Source: an uncultured bacterium
GTDB lineage: Bacteria > Zixibacteria > MSB-5A5 > CAIYYT01
Assembly: GCA_963726455.1 (NCBI GenBank)
Contig: CAVSCK010000004.1
Span: 1,735,676 to 1,799,675 of the forward strand
Direction of reading: 5' to 3'
DNA: 64,000 nt
In this document: positions 18,584 to 27,755 of the stretch, one piece after another
Numbering within the stretch: the stretch's first letter is position 1
How the letters are laid out: each line of letters starts with the position of its first letter
Position numbers and translations under genes: made by a program
The notes under the pieces: generated by a model
Seen by the model: the letters and a program-made list of their open reading frames with translations, nothing else
Told to the model about the DNA's origin: nothing
The model's database searches: none

Positions 18584-19699
18584 TCAGAAGATAGAATAGA
18601 GTCCTGCGTTTGCCCGTAAATGGAAGTGATTCTGGCCAGCGTCAGGGTCGCTCAACCAGAGGGGCAAACTGAGATACATGACTTTCATGATTCGGAATTC
18701 TATGCCGGCGTCGGACAGGACTCGGTTTGACAGTCGAGACTGCATCGGACTACCAATACGTCCCACATCATAGAACAGCACTGGAGTGATTGACGGAAAC
18801 GACCAGTCGAGTCTTTCGGTGCTCAGCTCGAGATTGACTGCCCACAAGCGATTGCCAAGCACGGCCTCGTTTTGATATCCTCTGACTCCACCACCATCAG
18901 TCGCGATAAACTTGTTAATTGGATCGACAGACGATCTCGGCACGCCACGAGCGATGCAGAGCTGATCTTGCTTGGGAGCATGGCCTGACAGCCCTCCAAC
19001 TGATCCTGAAATCGTTGAAGTCAATTCACCGGTGCGAATCAGGCGCAAGTCCTGGCTGAAACCAGCAAACCCTCTGGTGAACGAAAGAATCGCTCCATCC
19101 GATGTCCAGCCGTCATCGAAGGAATAAGTAATCCGGGTCAGTCCCTGATAACCGCGTTGAATATACTCGCCACGAATTCCCGCGACGGTCGAAATACCAA
19201 GACTGAACCACTTGGGATCGAAATACTTGGCATCGTATTTGTCGCTGTACCTGAGGAAGAGAGTGTTTCGGAATTGTGGATACGTCGGCAATCCCGGCGA
19301 AAAGACTTGAAGAGGTAGCGGCATCGATTTGCCGCTGGAAATTTCCAGACCGTAGTTTCGCATTCCCGCATAATTATCAGTATTAGCAGCTAGTTGAATT
19401 CGCCCATTCGAGACCAGCGTTGAATAATTAAGGTAATACCCTACTTTGCGCGAGCTGAGACCGTAATTGAATCCGCCGGAGATCTTGTGGTACATCATCA
19501 GGTAGCTGCTGCGAAAATTCAGTCCGATGAGCCATTTGTCGGCATCGTTGTACCAAAGAGTGGGGTTTATCATCGCCACATAGTGAGTCGGATCCTCCAA
19601 TGCACTTGGGAACAACGGCCGGACGAAGCGAAGCGGCGTACGCAACCTAACAGGTCTCGAACCGGTCCGGCAAGTATCCGAGGCAGACGGATCCGACAC
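18584..19699 (-). CDS. Beta-barrel-like domain, probably the detached C-terminus of the upstream M1 peptidase
   Basis: Amphipathic strands ending in an aromatic residue (LRANAGLYSIF). No convincing RBS or signal peptide; overlaps the M1 ORF end in another frame. Confidence 0.5.
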   Translation of the reverse strand: MSDPSASDTCRTGSRPVRLRTPLRFVRPLFPSALEDPTHYVAMINPTLWYNDADKWLIGLNFRSSYLMMYHKISGGFNYGLSSRKVGYYLNYSTLVSNGRIQLAANTDNYAGMRNYGLEISSGKSMPLPLQVFSPGLPTYPQFRNTLFLRYSDKYDAKYFDPKWFSLGISTVAGIRGEYIQRGYQGLTRITYSFDDGWTSDGAILSFTRGFAGFSQDLRLIRTGELTSTISGSVGGLSGHAPKQDQLCIARGVPRSSVDPINKFIATDGGGVRGYQNEAVLGNRLWAVNLELSTERLDWSFPSITPVLFYDVGRIGSPMQSRLSNRVLSDAGIEFRIMKVMYLSLPLWLSDPDAGQNHFHLRANAGLYSIF

Positions 19700-21341
19700 G
19701 AAGGAGCTTACGTCGGATGAACGGCTCGATGGATCCGGGAGGCATTGTCGGCAAGTTGGGGCGCGAGTTGCGGTAACAATTGCCGTCGAAGAAGCAGCTC
19801 AGATCTTTGCCACTGACTTCATCAACTGTCCTCTCAAAATCTGCAATGGTGACGTGCTTGAACTTGAAATCGGAGTAGTACTTCCTCATGGCATTGGCGA
19901 ATACGGAATCTCCCAATTCAGTGCGAAGACTTTCCAGCACCGACTCCCCTTTGGAATAGACTCCGGCATGATATTCCCATTCATTCCTGAACCGCCAAGC
20001 GGGTTGCGCCACCGGCGGATCGTAGCCATGCTTCAATGAAATGCGGTAATCAAGTTCGTGCGTCCAGCGATAGGGTATATCCGCAAAAATCGAAGCCCAC
20101 CTCGGCAATGCAATGACCGAACCGTCCTTGTGGCTGAGTTCGGCATATTGGAAGGTGTAGTACTCGGCAAAACCCTCATCGAGCCAGGGATCATCCAGTT
20201 CGTTGTTCGCAATAGCTCCATAGAACCAATTGTGCCCAACTTCGTGGACGGTGACATATTCAAGAGCGTGTGAATAAGGAATGCTGGCCGCCGGATCAAG
20301 CATTTCCAGCGTCGGATATTCCATGCCACCGGCGAGGAAATTGTACGCTTCAGCAACCGTGAGCGTCTGATAGGGATATGGCCCCACTCTCTCCGAGAAG
20401 AATCTCAACGCGGCCAATTCGTACGAGAGCAGGTTTTTCCATCTTGTTTCGATGTCGCTGTAAAGTACCAGCGCAGAGACTTTGACGCCGTCCCAGAGGG
20501 TATCGTCCCTGACATAGTCAGGCGAAGTCACCCAGGCAAAATCGTGTACGTTGTCAGCATGGAAATGAAGTGTCTTGGTGGCAGACACGCTTCCGTCAGC
20601 AATCTTACGCAACAGTCCGTCTTTTGCTTTCCGCGCATTGATTTCCCCATCCGCCAGCAATGGTATATCGTTGTTTCCTGATTCTCCCCTCACGTATGCG
20701 CCCGTCGCTCCGACATAGAATTGTTGCGGCAGAGTGATGCTGACGTCATACGTCGCAAATTCGCCGTAAAATTCCCCGATCAGATGATAAGGATCGTTAT
20801 GCCAGCCCGATTGATCGTAGACAGCCATCTTGGGATACCATTGGGCAATCGAATATTCATCTTTGTCAAAGCGGAAACGTCCCGGCAGCGTCGGTATTTT
20901 GGTCACAAAAACCGTGTGAAGAATCAGGGAGTCACGCGGCGCCAGCGGTCCCGGTAATTTGACTCTAAGAGATGTGTCATCGACAGAGAAAGGGCAATCG
21001 GTGTTATTAACCGTCAGGTGAGTGATGTCCAGATATCCCAACTCTCCTGAACGCGCCTGAGCGAACGTGAAATCGCGATAGATTTGTTCGGCCTCGCGAG
21101 CCATAACGCTGTTGCCATTTCGGTAGGCGTTGGGATACACATGCAGATACAGGTCGCTTAGAGCGGTATCGGCCCCGCTCCTGTAAATTATCGTTTCCTC
21201 GCCGAACAGCCGCTTGGTCTCGGTGTCGAGTCTGACCTTGATCTCGTAGCGCACAGTTGGCGGCACTACTGCGAAAGCGCTTTGCTCGCTGATTGACAGC
21301 AAGAGGATCAGAAGGGTCGCTGCTATTCGAAAGCAGACCAA
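19647..21341 (-). CDS. Secreted M1-family zinc aminopeptidase (C-terminus probably disrupted)
   Basis: Signal peptide; GGMEYP; HEVGH-x18-E (WLDEG). Family similarity appears to end at KDLSCFFD near 19790. Confidence 0.85.
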   Translation of the reverse strand: MVCFRIAATLLILLLSISEQSAFAVVPPTVRYEIKVRLDTETKRLFGEETIIYRSGADTALSDLYLHVYPNAYRNGNSVMAREAEQIYRDFTFAQARSGELGYLDITHLTVNNTDCPFSVDDTSLRVKLPGPLAPRDSLILHTVFVTKIPTLPGRFRFDKDEYSIAQWYPKMAVYDQSGWHNDPYHLIGEFYGEFATYDVSITLPQQFYVGATGAYVRGESGNNDIPLLADGEINARKAKDGLLRKIADGSVSATKTLHFHADNVHDFAWVTSPDYVRDDTLWDGVKVSALVLYSDIETRWKNLLSYELAALRFFSERVGPYPYQTLTVAEAYNFLAGGMEYPTLEMLDPAASIPYSHALEYVTVHEVGHNWFYGAIANNELDDPWLDEGFAEYYTFQYAELSHKDGSVIALPRWASIFADIPYRWTHELDYRISLKHGYDPPVAQPAWRFRNEWEYHAGVYSKGESVLESLRTELGDSVFANAMRKYYSDFKFKHVTIADFERTVDEVSGKDLSCFFDGNCYRNSRPNLPTMPPGSIEPFIRRKLLRVGSVCLGYLPDRFETC

Positions 21342-21522
21342 CGTGAGAGACCTCCGTTTGGAAGCGTTAAGCTCTTTGGGATTGTACGCTCTTAGTCGAG
21401 TACTTGCACCACAAATTCATACATTCATGCAGAAGGTCGCCATGCCAATCAAGTGATGCGCATCAGCGGACCATCTCTAGTCACTTAGCAGCTTGAATAT
21501 GAGGAAGCGAGTAGCTGGGCAA

Positions 21523-22743
21523 TTATTCGTGGCGGAGAGCGTCAATCGGATCAAGGACGGCCGCTTTGCGCGCGGGATAGAAACCGAAAAAGATGCCGAC
21601 GGCCGCGGAAAAGACGAAGGAAAGAGCGACTGTCTCCGGTGTGATAATTGGCTGGAGCGTCGTCCACTTATTCAGGCCGGCTACGACACCTGCCGACAGG
21701 GCGATGCCGATGATCCCGCCGCTGAGACTAAGAACCACGGCCTCAGTAAGGAATTGAACGAGAATATCGCTTTCCCGGGCGCCGACGGAAAGTCGAATGC
21801 CGATTTCACGGGTTCGCTCGGTGACGGAGACGAGCATGATGTTCATGATGCCGATACCGCCGACCAATAGACTGACGGCGGCGATCGACCCGAGCAAAAG
21901 AGTCATCGTCTTGGTAGTCTCGGTGGCGGTGTCCATGATTTCGGCCTGACTTCGGATGGTGAAATCGTCATCCTGGCCTTCGTGCAGATTGTGGGTCTTC
22001 CTGAGGGACGCCCGGATTTCCTCGATGGCGTTACTTACTTTATCAGGTGAGACGGCGCTGGCGTTAATCATGTCAATGTGCCGATCCCCTTTGAGACGAT
22101 AGAGCACGGCGGTGGCGGGAGCCAGGATGATGTCATCCTGGTCCTGGCCCATGCCGGTCTGGCCTTTTGCTTTGAGGACACCGATGACAACAAAGGGGGA
22201 GTTTCTGATTCGAATGTTTTGACCGACCGGGTTGATATCGGAAATAAATTATCGACCACGGTTTTGCCAAGTAGGGCTACATTTCGGCGACCAAGAACGT
22301 CCCTATCGGTAAAGAACTCACCGTAATCAATTTGGTAGTTGCGAATATCGAAGTACGATGGGTATACTCCCATGACCGACGTAAACCAGTTGTTTCCGTT
22401 AGCGATTATCTGTCCGCCCGAGCGGACAATCGGGGAAATTTCATCGATGTACACCTTGTCTCGATCGATTGCCTCAATGTCATCGAACGTAAACTGGCTT
22501 GAAGTACCTGCACCCATTCTCACGCCACCCGTGCTGACACTTCCGGGAAAAGCGATCAGCAAGTTAGTTCCGAGCGACGCTAATCGTGGCTTCGATCTTC
22601 GCCTGCGAACCTTCGCCGATGGCTACCATGACAATTACTGCACCCACACCGATAATGATGCCGAGCGAAGTCAGCAGGCTTCGCATACGATTGCGCAGAA
22701 TACTCCGTGAGGAGGCTTTCAATAGACGCGACAGGGAAATCAT
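21523..22743 (-). pseudogene. MacB-like ABC exporter permease with two frameshifts (or sequencing errors)
   Basis: ATG 22743 overlaps the ATPase stop (ATGA). [17 protein letters not shown]...; one extra base near 22581 (ATT-A-GCG TCG CTC GGA ACT AAC = IASLGTN); one missing base near 22241 (FP-DINPVGQ); C-terminal GGIGIMNIMLVSVTERTREIGIR...P.DALRHE. Confidence 0.85.
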
Positions 22744-23492
22744 GGCACAACCTCCGGCTCTTCCGGCTGCAGTGAGGCAAGGTCGGCGATGGCATCGTGA
22801 CGTTCGGTTACGGGAATGTCACGCACAATCCTTCCGTCATGCAAACTAACCAGACGTTTGGCATAACGAGCGACGTCCGATTCATGGGTTACTAATACAA
22901 CGGTAACGCCTTCATTATTCAACTCCTGAAAAAGAGCGATGGTCTCAACTGAAGTGCGACTATCGAGATTTCCGGTCGGCTCATCCGCCAGCAGCAGGGC
23001 CGGTTTGTTGACAAGTGCGCGCGCTATAGCAACTCGTTGCTGCTGGCCTCCAGACAGTTGGTTGGGCGTATGCTCCAATCTGTCGCTCAAGCCGACGCGA
23101 GTAAGAGCATCAACAGCCGCTTGAGTATGATTTCGAACATGATTATTGCGGTCATAGAACAGCGGTAATTCGACATTTTCCAGAGCGGTCGTGCGTGGCA
23201 GCAGATTAAATCCTTGAAACACAAAGCCGATTTTGCGATTACGGACGGCTGCCCGCTGATTTCTGCTGAAACTGTCGACACGTTCTCCATCCAGCAGGTA
23301 CTCCCCTGAGGTGGGCGAGTCGAGACAGCCGATCAGATTCATCAATGTCGACTTGCCGGATCCGGATGCACCCATGATCGCCACAAAGTCGCCCGGCTCG
23401 ACGATTAGGTCGACACCACGCAAGGCGTGAACGGCTATGTCTCCCACCTGGAAAGTTCTGACCAGCCGATGTATTTCAATGACCTTATTCAT
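22740..23492 (-). CDS. ABC transporter ATP-binding protein (MacB/LolD-like)
   Basis: [39 protein letters not shown]. Confidence 0.95.
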   Translation of the reverse strand: MNKVIEIHRLVRTFQVGDIAVHALRGVDLIVEPGDFVAIMGASGSGKSTLMNLIGCLDSPTSGEYLLDGERVDSFSRNQRAAVRNRKIGFVFQGFNLLPRTTALENVELPLFYDRNNHVRNHTQAAVDALTRVGLSDRLEHTPNQLSGGQQQRVAIARALVNKPALLLADEPTGNLDSRTSVETIALFQELNNEGVTVVLVTHESDVARYAKRLVSLHDGRIVRDIPVTERHDAIADLASLQPEEPEVVP

Positions 23493-23537
23493 GATTGCAA
23501 GTCACCTCTCGACATCAATTACGCGCGGAGAGCCAAA

Positions 23538-24859
23538 TTAGAATCCACGCATTCCACCGAAACCGCGCATCGGCTGTGAAGCGGTCGTGGGTTTCGTTGA
23601 CTCTGTAGGTGAGCCCACGATAATCTTCATACCTTCCTTGAGCACCCGTGACGAGACGACTTCAGTGTTAGTGTTGTCCGTCATGCCGGTTCGAACTGGA
23701 GCGGCGGCCAATTGCCCGAGGGAGTCCAGGTACCACACCATTGGGATAGTCCGGGGCCCATTGCCGTTGCGACCCTGTCGATCACCGCCCATTCCTTGTC
23801 CCATGCCCTGGCCCATACCCGCACCCATCCCCGATCCCGTTCCCTGTCTACCGGCAAATGACTCACGCCCACCTGGTGTGTTGAGTCGCCGCGATCTCCT
23901 GCTCGCTGCTGTTGCCATTTGGCTCTCATCGCAGCCACAACTTTGTCAGGCGGCTGGAAACGCAACGCCTTGCTGGGAATCAACATGACACCGGTGTGCT
24001 TTTCGGTGACGAAACTGACAGTAGCGGTCATGCCTGGCAGCAGAAGGCCTTCGGTGTTATCCGCCGCAATCACAACCGTGTAAGTTACGACGTTGGAGAC
24101 AGTGCGCGGCTGGAGACGTACTTGCTGGACACTGCCCTTGAATTCCTTGTTCATATATGCGGCAACTTCAAACTGCACGTCCTGTCCATCCTTGATCTGC
24201 CCGATATCGCTTTCGCCAACATCAGCCAGAATTTGCATGCGCGTAAGGTCCTCGGCAATTTCGAATAGAGTCGGTGTTGACAGACTAGCGGCGACGGTTT
24301 GTCCGCCCTCCACGTTTCTGTTTGTAATGACACCACTTATAGGGGCGCGGATGACAGCGTACTGCAAATTCCGCTGAGCCCTGTCTAGCGCGACTTTCGC
24401 CGATTTCAGATTGGCTTCCTGAACCTTAACGTTTACCACGGTCGGCAAATAGTCGGCGTCCGAGATCAAACTGGAGTCGAACAGCCGCTTGGCCCGATTG
24501 TATTCTATCTGCGCTTGTTCCAACTGTGCCTCAACGCGCTGCTGACTTGCTTGCGCATCCATTACGGAAGATCTCAGCAGTGTAGTATCCAGAACAGCTA
24601 GGATTTGCCCTTCTCTCACCCGATCGTTGAAATCTACATAAATTGAATCGATGATTCCCGAGACCTGCGTTCCAACTTGTATGGAGGTAACGGGCGCCAA
24701 TGTACCTGTTGCCGAAACGGTGCTCTGGATATCGCCAAGCGTCACCGTCGCGAAATCGTAACGAGGATCTGAGGCGTCAAGACTCCTAAAGAAGATCAGG
24801 TATGCCGCCACGACAACGACTACTACCGCACCAACATATATCAGGATTCGCTTTCGCAT
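23538..24859 (-). pseudogene. MacA-like periplasmic adaptor subunit, frameshifted near 23878 (or sequencing error)
   Basis: VSATGTL...VGTQVSGII, IRAPISGVI, TPTLFEIAEDL, LLPGMTA. The C-terminal GMGQGMG linker and VRTGMTDNTNTEVVS lie in another frame. Confidence 0.85.
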
Positions 24860-24979
24860 TTGTCTTTCTCCACGCGCATGTTATTCCTCGGTTGAGTACC
24901 CTTTGTACAGGTCGATATTCCGTCCATACTTCACTATGTTTTCTGACAGTGTTTCCACGCTTTAACTTGTGCCCTGAAT

Positions 24980-24997
24980 TCGACTCCAAGGAGTCGA
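24980..24997. promoter_or_regulatory. Palindrome TCGACTCC-AA-GGAGTCGA upstream of the exporter operon
   Basis: Perfect 8-bp inverted repeat about 120 bp upstream of the adaptor start codon. Confidence 0.35.
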
Positions 24998-25149
24998 TTT
25001 GTAACAGCACTAACAGTTTAGCATCTATCGGCGGCCAAAAGCAATGGGTATTTGTCCGGAATGGCGCGGTTTAGAGGCCGGTGAGGAGGTCGTCGAGTAA
25101 ACATCTAAAGTCCAGATGATTACGATGGTATCCGCCCTACTGCTCCCCT

Positions 25150-25197
25150 GACCACGAGGATTCTCTTGGAAAACGCTTATTAAATGTTGTGCACTAC
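25150..25197 (+). repeat. Direct repeat copy 1 (48 bp), left of the DHFR-family gene
   Basis: GACCACGAGGATTCTCTTGGAAAACGCTTATTAAATGTTGTGCACTAC; 38/48 ungapped identity to 25898-25945 by manual alignment. Confidence 0.75.
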
Positions 25198-25281
25198 TTC
25201 GTAACAGAATATTTGAGACTTCGTTTACCTACTTTGAACGAGGCATACAGATAGTGATCCAGATGCTGGAGGAACTCAGTC

Positions 25282-25875
25282 ATGCGAAGAGTTATTGTGC
25301 TTGAACATATCTCCCTTGATGGTGTCATACAAGCCCCAGGCGGGCCTGACGAGGACACTAGCGGCGGCTTCGCGTATGGCGGGTGGATAAGTTCATATTC
25401 CGACCCTATTCTTGCAGCAGTCATAAGAAAGGCGATGAACATGCCGTTTGACCTGTTGTTAGGGCGCAAAACCTTTGATATTTGGGCGCCATACTGGCCG
25501 CAACATTCGGACGCCTGGCCGGGCGTTAACACGGCGACCAAGTATGTCGCCTCGAATACCATGACTTCTCATGAATGGCAGCCGTCCGTATTTTTGAACG
25601 GAGATATTGCAGAAAAAGTGGCCAAAATCAAGCAACAGCAAGGGCCGGATTTGCACGTTTGGGGAAGTGGTAATCTCATTCAGACGCTTATCAAGCATGA
25701 TTTGGTCGATGCGTTCTGGCTGATGATATATCCGATAACGTTGGGCGGCGGAAAACGGTTGTTTGCCGACGGCACGATGCCGGCCGCGTTTACGGTGACG
25801 GAAAGCAAAGTCGGCTCGAGTGGCGTTATCTTCGTGAATTACGAGCGTGCAGGCGCAATCACAATTTGCACTTGA
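25282..25875 (+). CDS. Dihydrofolate reductase-family (RibD C-terminal-like) protein
   Basis: [44 protein letters not shown]; GGAGG RBS. Confidence 0.9.
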   Translation: MRRVIVLEHISLDGVIQAPGGPDEDTSGGFAYGGWISSYSDPILAAVIRKAMNMPFDLLLGRKTFDIWAPYWPQHSDAWPGVNTATKYVASNTMTSHEWQPSVFLNGDIAEKVAKIKQQQGPDLHVWGSGNLIQTLIKHDLVDAFWLMIYPITLGGGKRLFADGTMPAAFTVTESKVGSSGVIFVNYERAGAITICT

Positions 25876-25897
25876 TGTAAGACAATGGGAGTCAACC

Positions 25898-25945
25898 GAC
25901 CACGAGGACTCTTTTGGAAAGCGCCGGCTAAATGGGGAGCACTAC
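25898..25945 (+). repeat. Direct repeat copy 2 (48 bp), right of the DHFR-family gene
   Basis: GACCACGAGGACTCTTTTGGAAAGCGCCGGCTAAATGGGGAGCACTAC. Confidence 0.75.
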
Positions 25946-26072
25946 ACTGCTTGCTAAAAATATCTTCAGCAAAGCAGTAATGATCCGTCGTAAGGAATAA
26001 GAAGGCCGTTATATTTCAGACGAAAAGCGGCCCAATGTCTGTGGCAACGGATCGTCGTAAGGCAAAAAGGAC

Positions 26073-26100
26073 TTGACAGATTCGGATTAACGACTATATT
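26073..26100 (+). promoter_or_regulatory. sigma70-like promoter of the aromatic amino-acid operon
   Basis: TTGACA (26073-26078), 16 nt, TATATT (26095-26100); the leader ATG follows after 8 intervening nt. Confidence 0.7.
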
Positions 26101-26108
26101 GGATCAAC

Positions 26109-26213
26109 ATGACGAACTCGACCTACATATTGGTAACCCTCTGCTCCGCTATCGCCAGTCTCTATTATTGGTGGTATTCTTTTGATATGGACGGTGGGTT
26201 AGTGCCGGTGTAG
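26109..26213 (+). CDS. trpL: Attenuator leader peptide, 34 aa, with a YYWWYSF control-codon cluster (absent from the ORF track)
   Basis: Manual translation MTNSTYILVTLCSAIASLYYWWYSFDMDGGLVPV*; TAT TAT TGG TGG TAT at 26163-26177. Confidence 0.85.
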   Translation: MTNSTYILVTLCSAIASLYYWWYSFDMDGGLVPV

Positions 26214-26274
26214 CCGAGTCACGCATAGGCAAAATTGAACCCACTGTCCAGCAGGACAGTGGGTTTTTTGTTTT
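26188..26274 (+). terminator. Attenuator: antiterminator segment plus intrinsic terminator
   Basis: Terminator AACCCACTGTCC (26238-49)-AGCA-GGACAGTGGGTT (26254-65)-TTTTGTTTT. Leader segment TGGACGGTGGGTT (26188-26200) can pair with the same 5' arm (13 bp, one G-U), so the two structures are mutually exclusive. Confidence 0.88.
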
Positions 26275-26285
26275 AGGAGCAAGAA

Positions 26286-27755
26286 TTGAACATCTTCGAA
26301 GTACTTAGTCAGACAGACGGACCCAGGCACGTTCTGGACATCGAGGAGATCGATCTGCCCGGTGACCTGGAAACACCGGTGTCCGCCTTCCTCAAATTGC
26401 GGAATCATGGTGCCCGGTTCCTGCTTGAATCCGCAGAGGATCCCAAGTCCATTGGTCGCTATACTTTTATTGGCATCGATCCGCTGTTGCGGCTGGAAAT
26501 CGGACAGGAATCGACTGCTGTGTCGAGTGGGACGACGAAACTGAACATCCCGCATTCTGAGAAATACACGCCATTTGACGGATTGAAGCGACTGCTCGAT
26601 CGGTTCGAAATCAAATCTGCGGGAGCCGAAATTCCACTTCTGGGAGGAATCGTCGGTTTCACATCCTTCGAAATCGTCGGCTTCTTTGAGCCGCGTCTGA
26701 AACCGCTGCTTCCGCCTTCCGACTGGCCCATGGCTCTTTACTACTTCGTCGATACGCTTCTGGTGTTCGATCATTTTACCCGTCGCATGCGCCTGATGAG
26801 ACTTCGATCGCAGGGGCAAGACCTGACTGCCGACAGTCCGCGTGTAAGTCTGCGACAGATTGCGGAGGCACTGGCGGCTGAGAGCATCGGCTCAAATCAC
26901 AGCAGCACAATTCCGGGAAACGGCTACCGCTCGAATTTCTCGGCGGATGGCTTCGAAGAAATGGTTCGGCAGACCAAGGATCACATCGTCAAAGGAGATG
27001 TTTTCCAGGCAGTTGTCTCTCAATGTGAGACGCGAAAATCTAACGCCGAGGGATTTCATCTCTACCGCGCCCTGCGTATGCTGAACCCCTCACCATATAT
27101 GTACTATCTGAATTTCGGAGACATCGAGTTGATCGGTTCCTCACCGGAGGCACTGGTCAAGCTGCAAGATCGTCGCGCCCTGATACGTCCTATCGCGGGA
27201 ACAAGGCGCCGCGGCAGATCGCCCGAGGACGATCGCCGTATGGCGGAGGAGTTGCTGGCAAGCGAGAAGGAACGCGCCGAACATGTGATGCTGATCGACC
27301 TGGCACGCAACGATCTCGGCAGAGTATGCCGCTTCGGTTCGGTCGCAGTACCGTCGAAATTTGAACTCGAATATTATTCCCATGTTATGCACATGACCTC
27401 GGAAGTCACCGGTGTGCTCCGCGATGACGTCAACTACTTTGATCTATTTCGCGCCGCCTTTCCGGCAGGGACTGTTTCCGGTGCGCCCAAGTTGCGCGCA
27501 ATGGAGATCATCGCTGAGTTGGAGGGACTCGCGCGGGGTCCGTACGCGGGCGCCGTGGGCTACTTCTCACTCTCCGGCGACCTCGACATGTGCATCACTA
27601 TCAGAACGATCGTCAAGCGCGGTGAATCACTTTTCATTCAGGCAGGCGCCGGCATTGTCTCCGACTCAATCCCGTCTGAGGAATACCTCGAAACGCGCAA
27701 CAAGATCGCCGCCTTGAAAGAGGCGGTGAAGACTACGGAGGAGGGACGGCTGTGA
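26286..27755 (+). CDS. trpE: Anthranilate synthase component I
   Basis: FLLES (Trp feedback site), NPSPYM, IAGTRRRG, KERAEHVMLIDLARND, FPAGTVSGAPK; TTG start with AGGAG RBS. Confidence 0.92.
   Translation: MNIFEVLSQTDGPRHVLDIEEIDLPGDLETPVSAFLKLRNHGARFLLESAEDPKSIGRYTFIGIDPLLRLEIGQESTAVSSGTTKLNIPHSEKYTPFDGLKRLLDRFEIKSAGAEIPLLGGIVGFTSFEIVGFFEPRLKPLLPPSDWPMALYYFVDTLLVFDHFTRRMRLMRLRSQGQDLTADSPRVSLRQIAEALAAESIGSNHSSTIPGNGYRSNFSADGFEEMVRQTKDHIVKGDVFQAVVSQCETRKSNAEGFHLYRALRMLNPSPYMYYLNFGDIELIGSSPEALVKLQDRRALIRPIAGTRRRGRSPEDDRRMAEELLASEKERAEHVMLIDLARNDLGRVCRFGSVAVPSKFELEYYSHVMHMTSEVTGVLRDDVNYFDLFRAAFPAGTVSGAPKLRAMEIIAELEGLARGPYAGAVGYFSLSGDLDMCITIRTIVKRGESLFIQAGAGIVSDSIPSEEYLETRNKIAALKEAVKTTEEGRL

Noticed and set aside
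23770-23835. GMG-type micro-repeat (GMGAGMGQGMGQGMGG)
   Set aside because: An ordinary low-complexity linker common in MacA-like adaptors.
21523-24859. Programmed frameshifting in the ABC exporter genes
   Set aside because: No slippery heptamers or homopolymer tracts at the sites; simple indels explain them better.
26199-26819. 206-aa minus-strand ORF over the trp leader and trpE
   Set aside because: Antisense shadow with no recognisable motifs; it conflicts with the well-supported attenuator and trpE.
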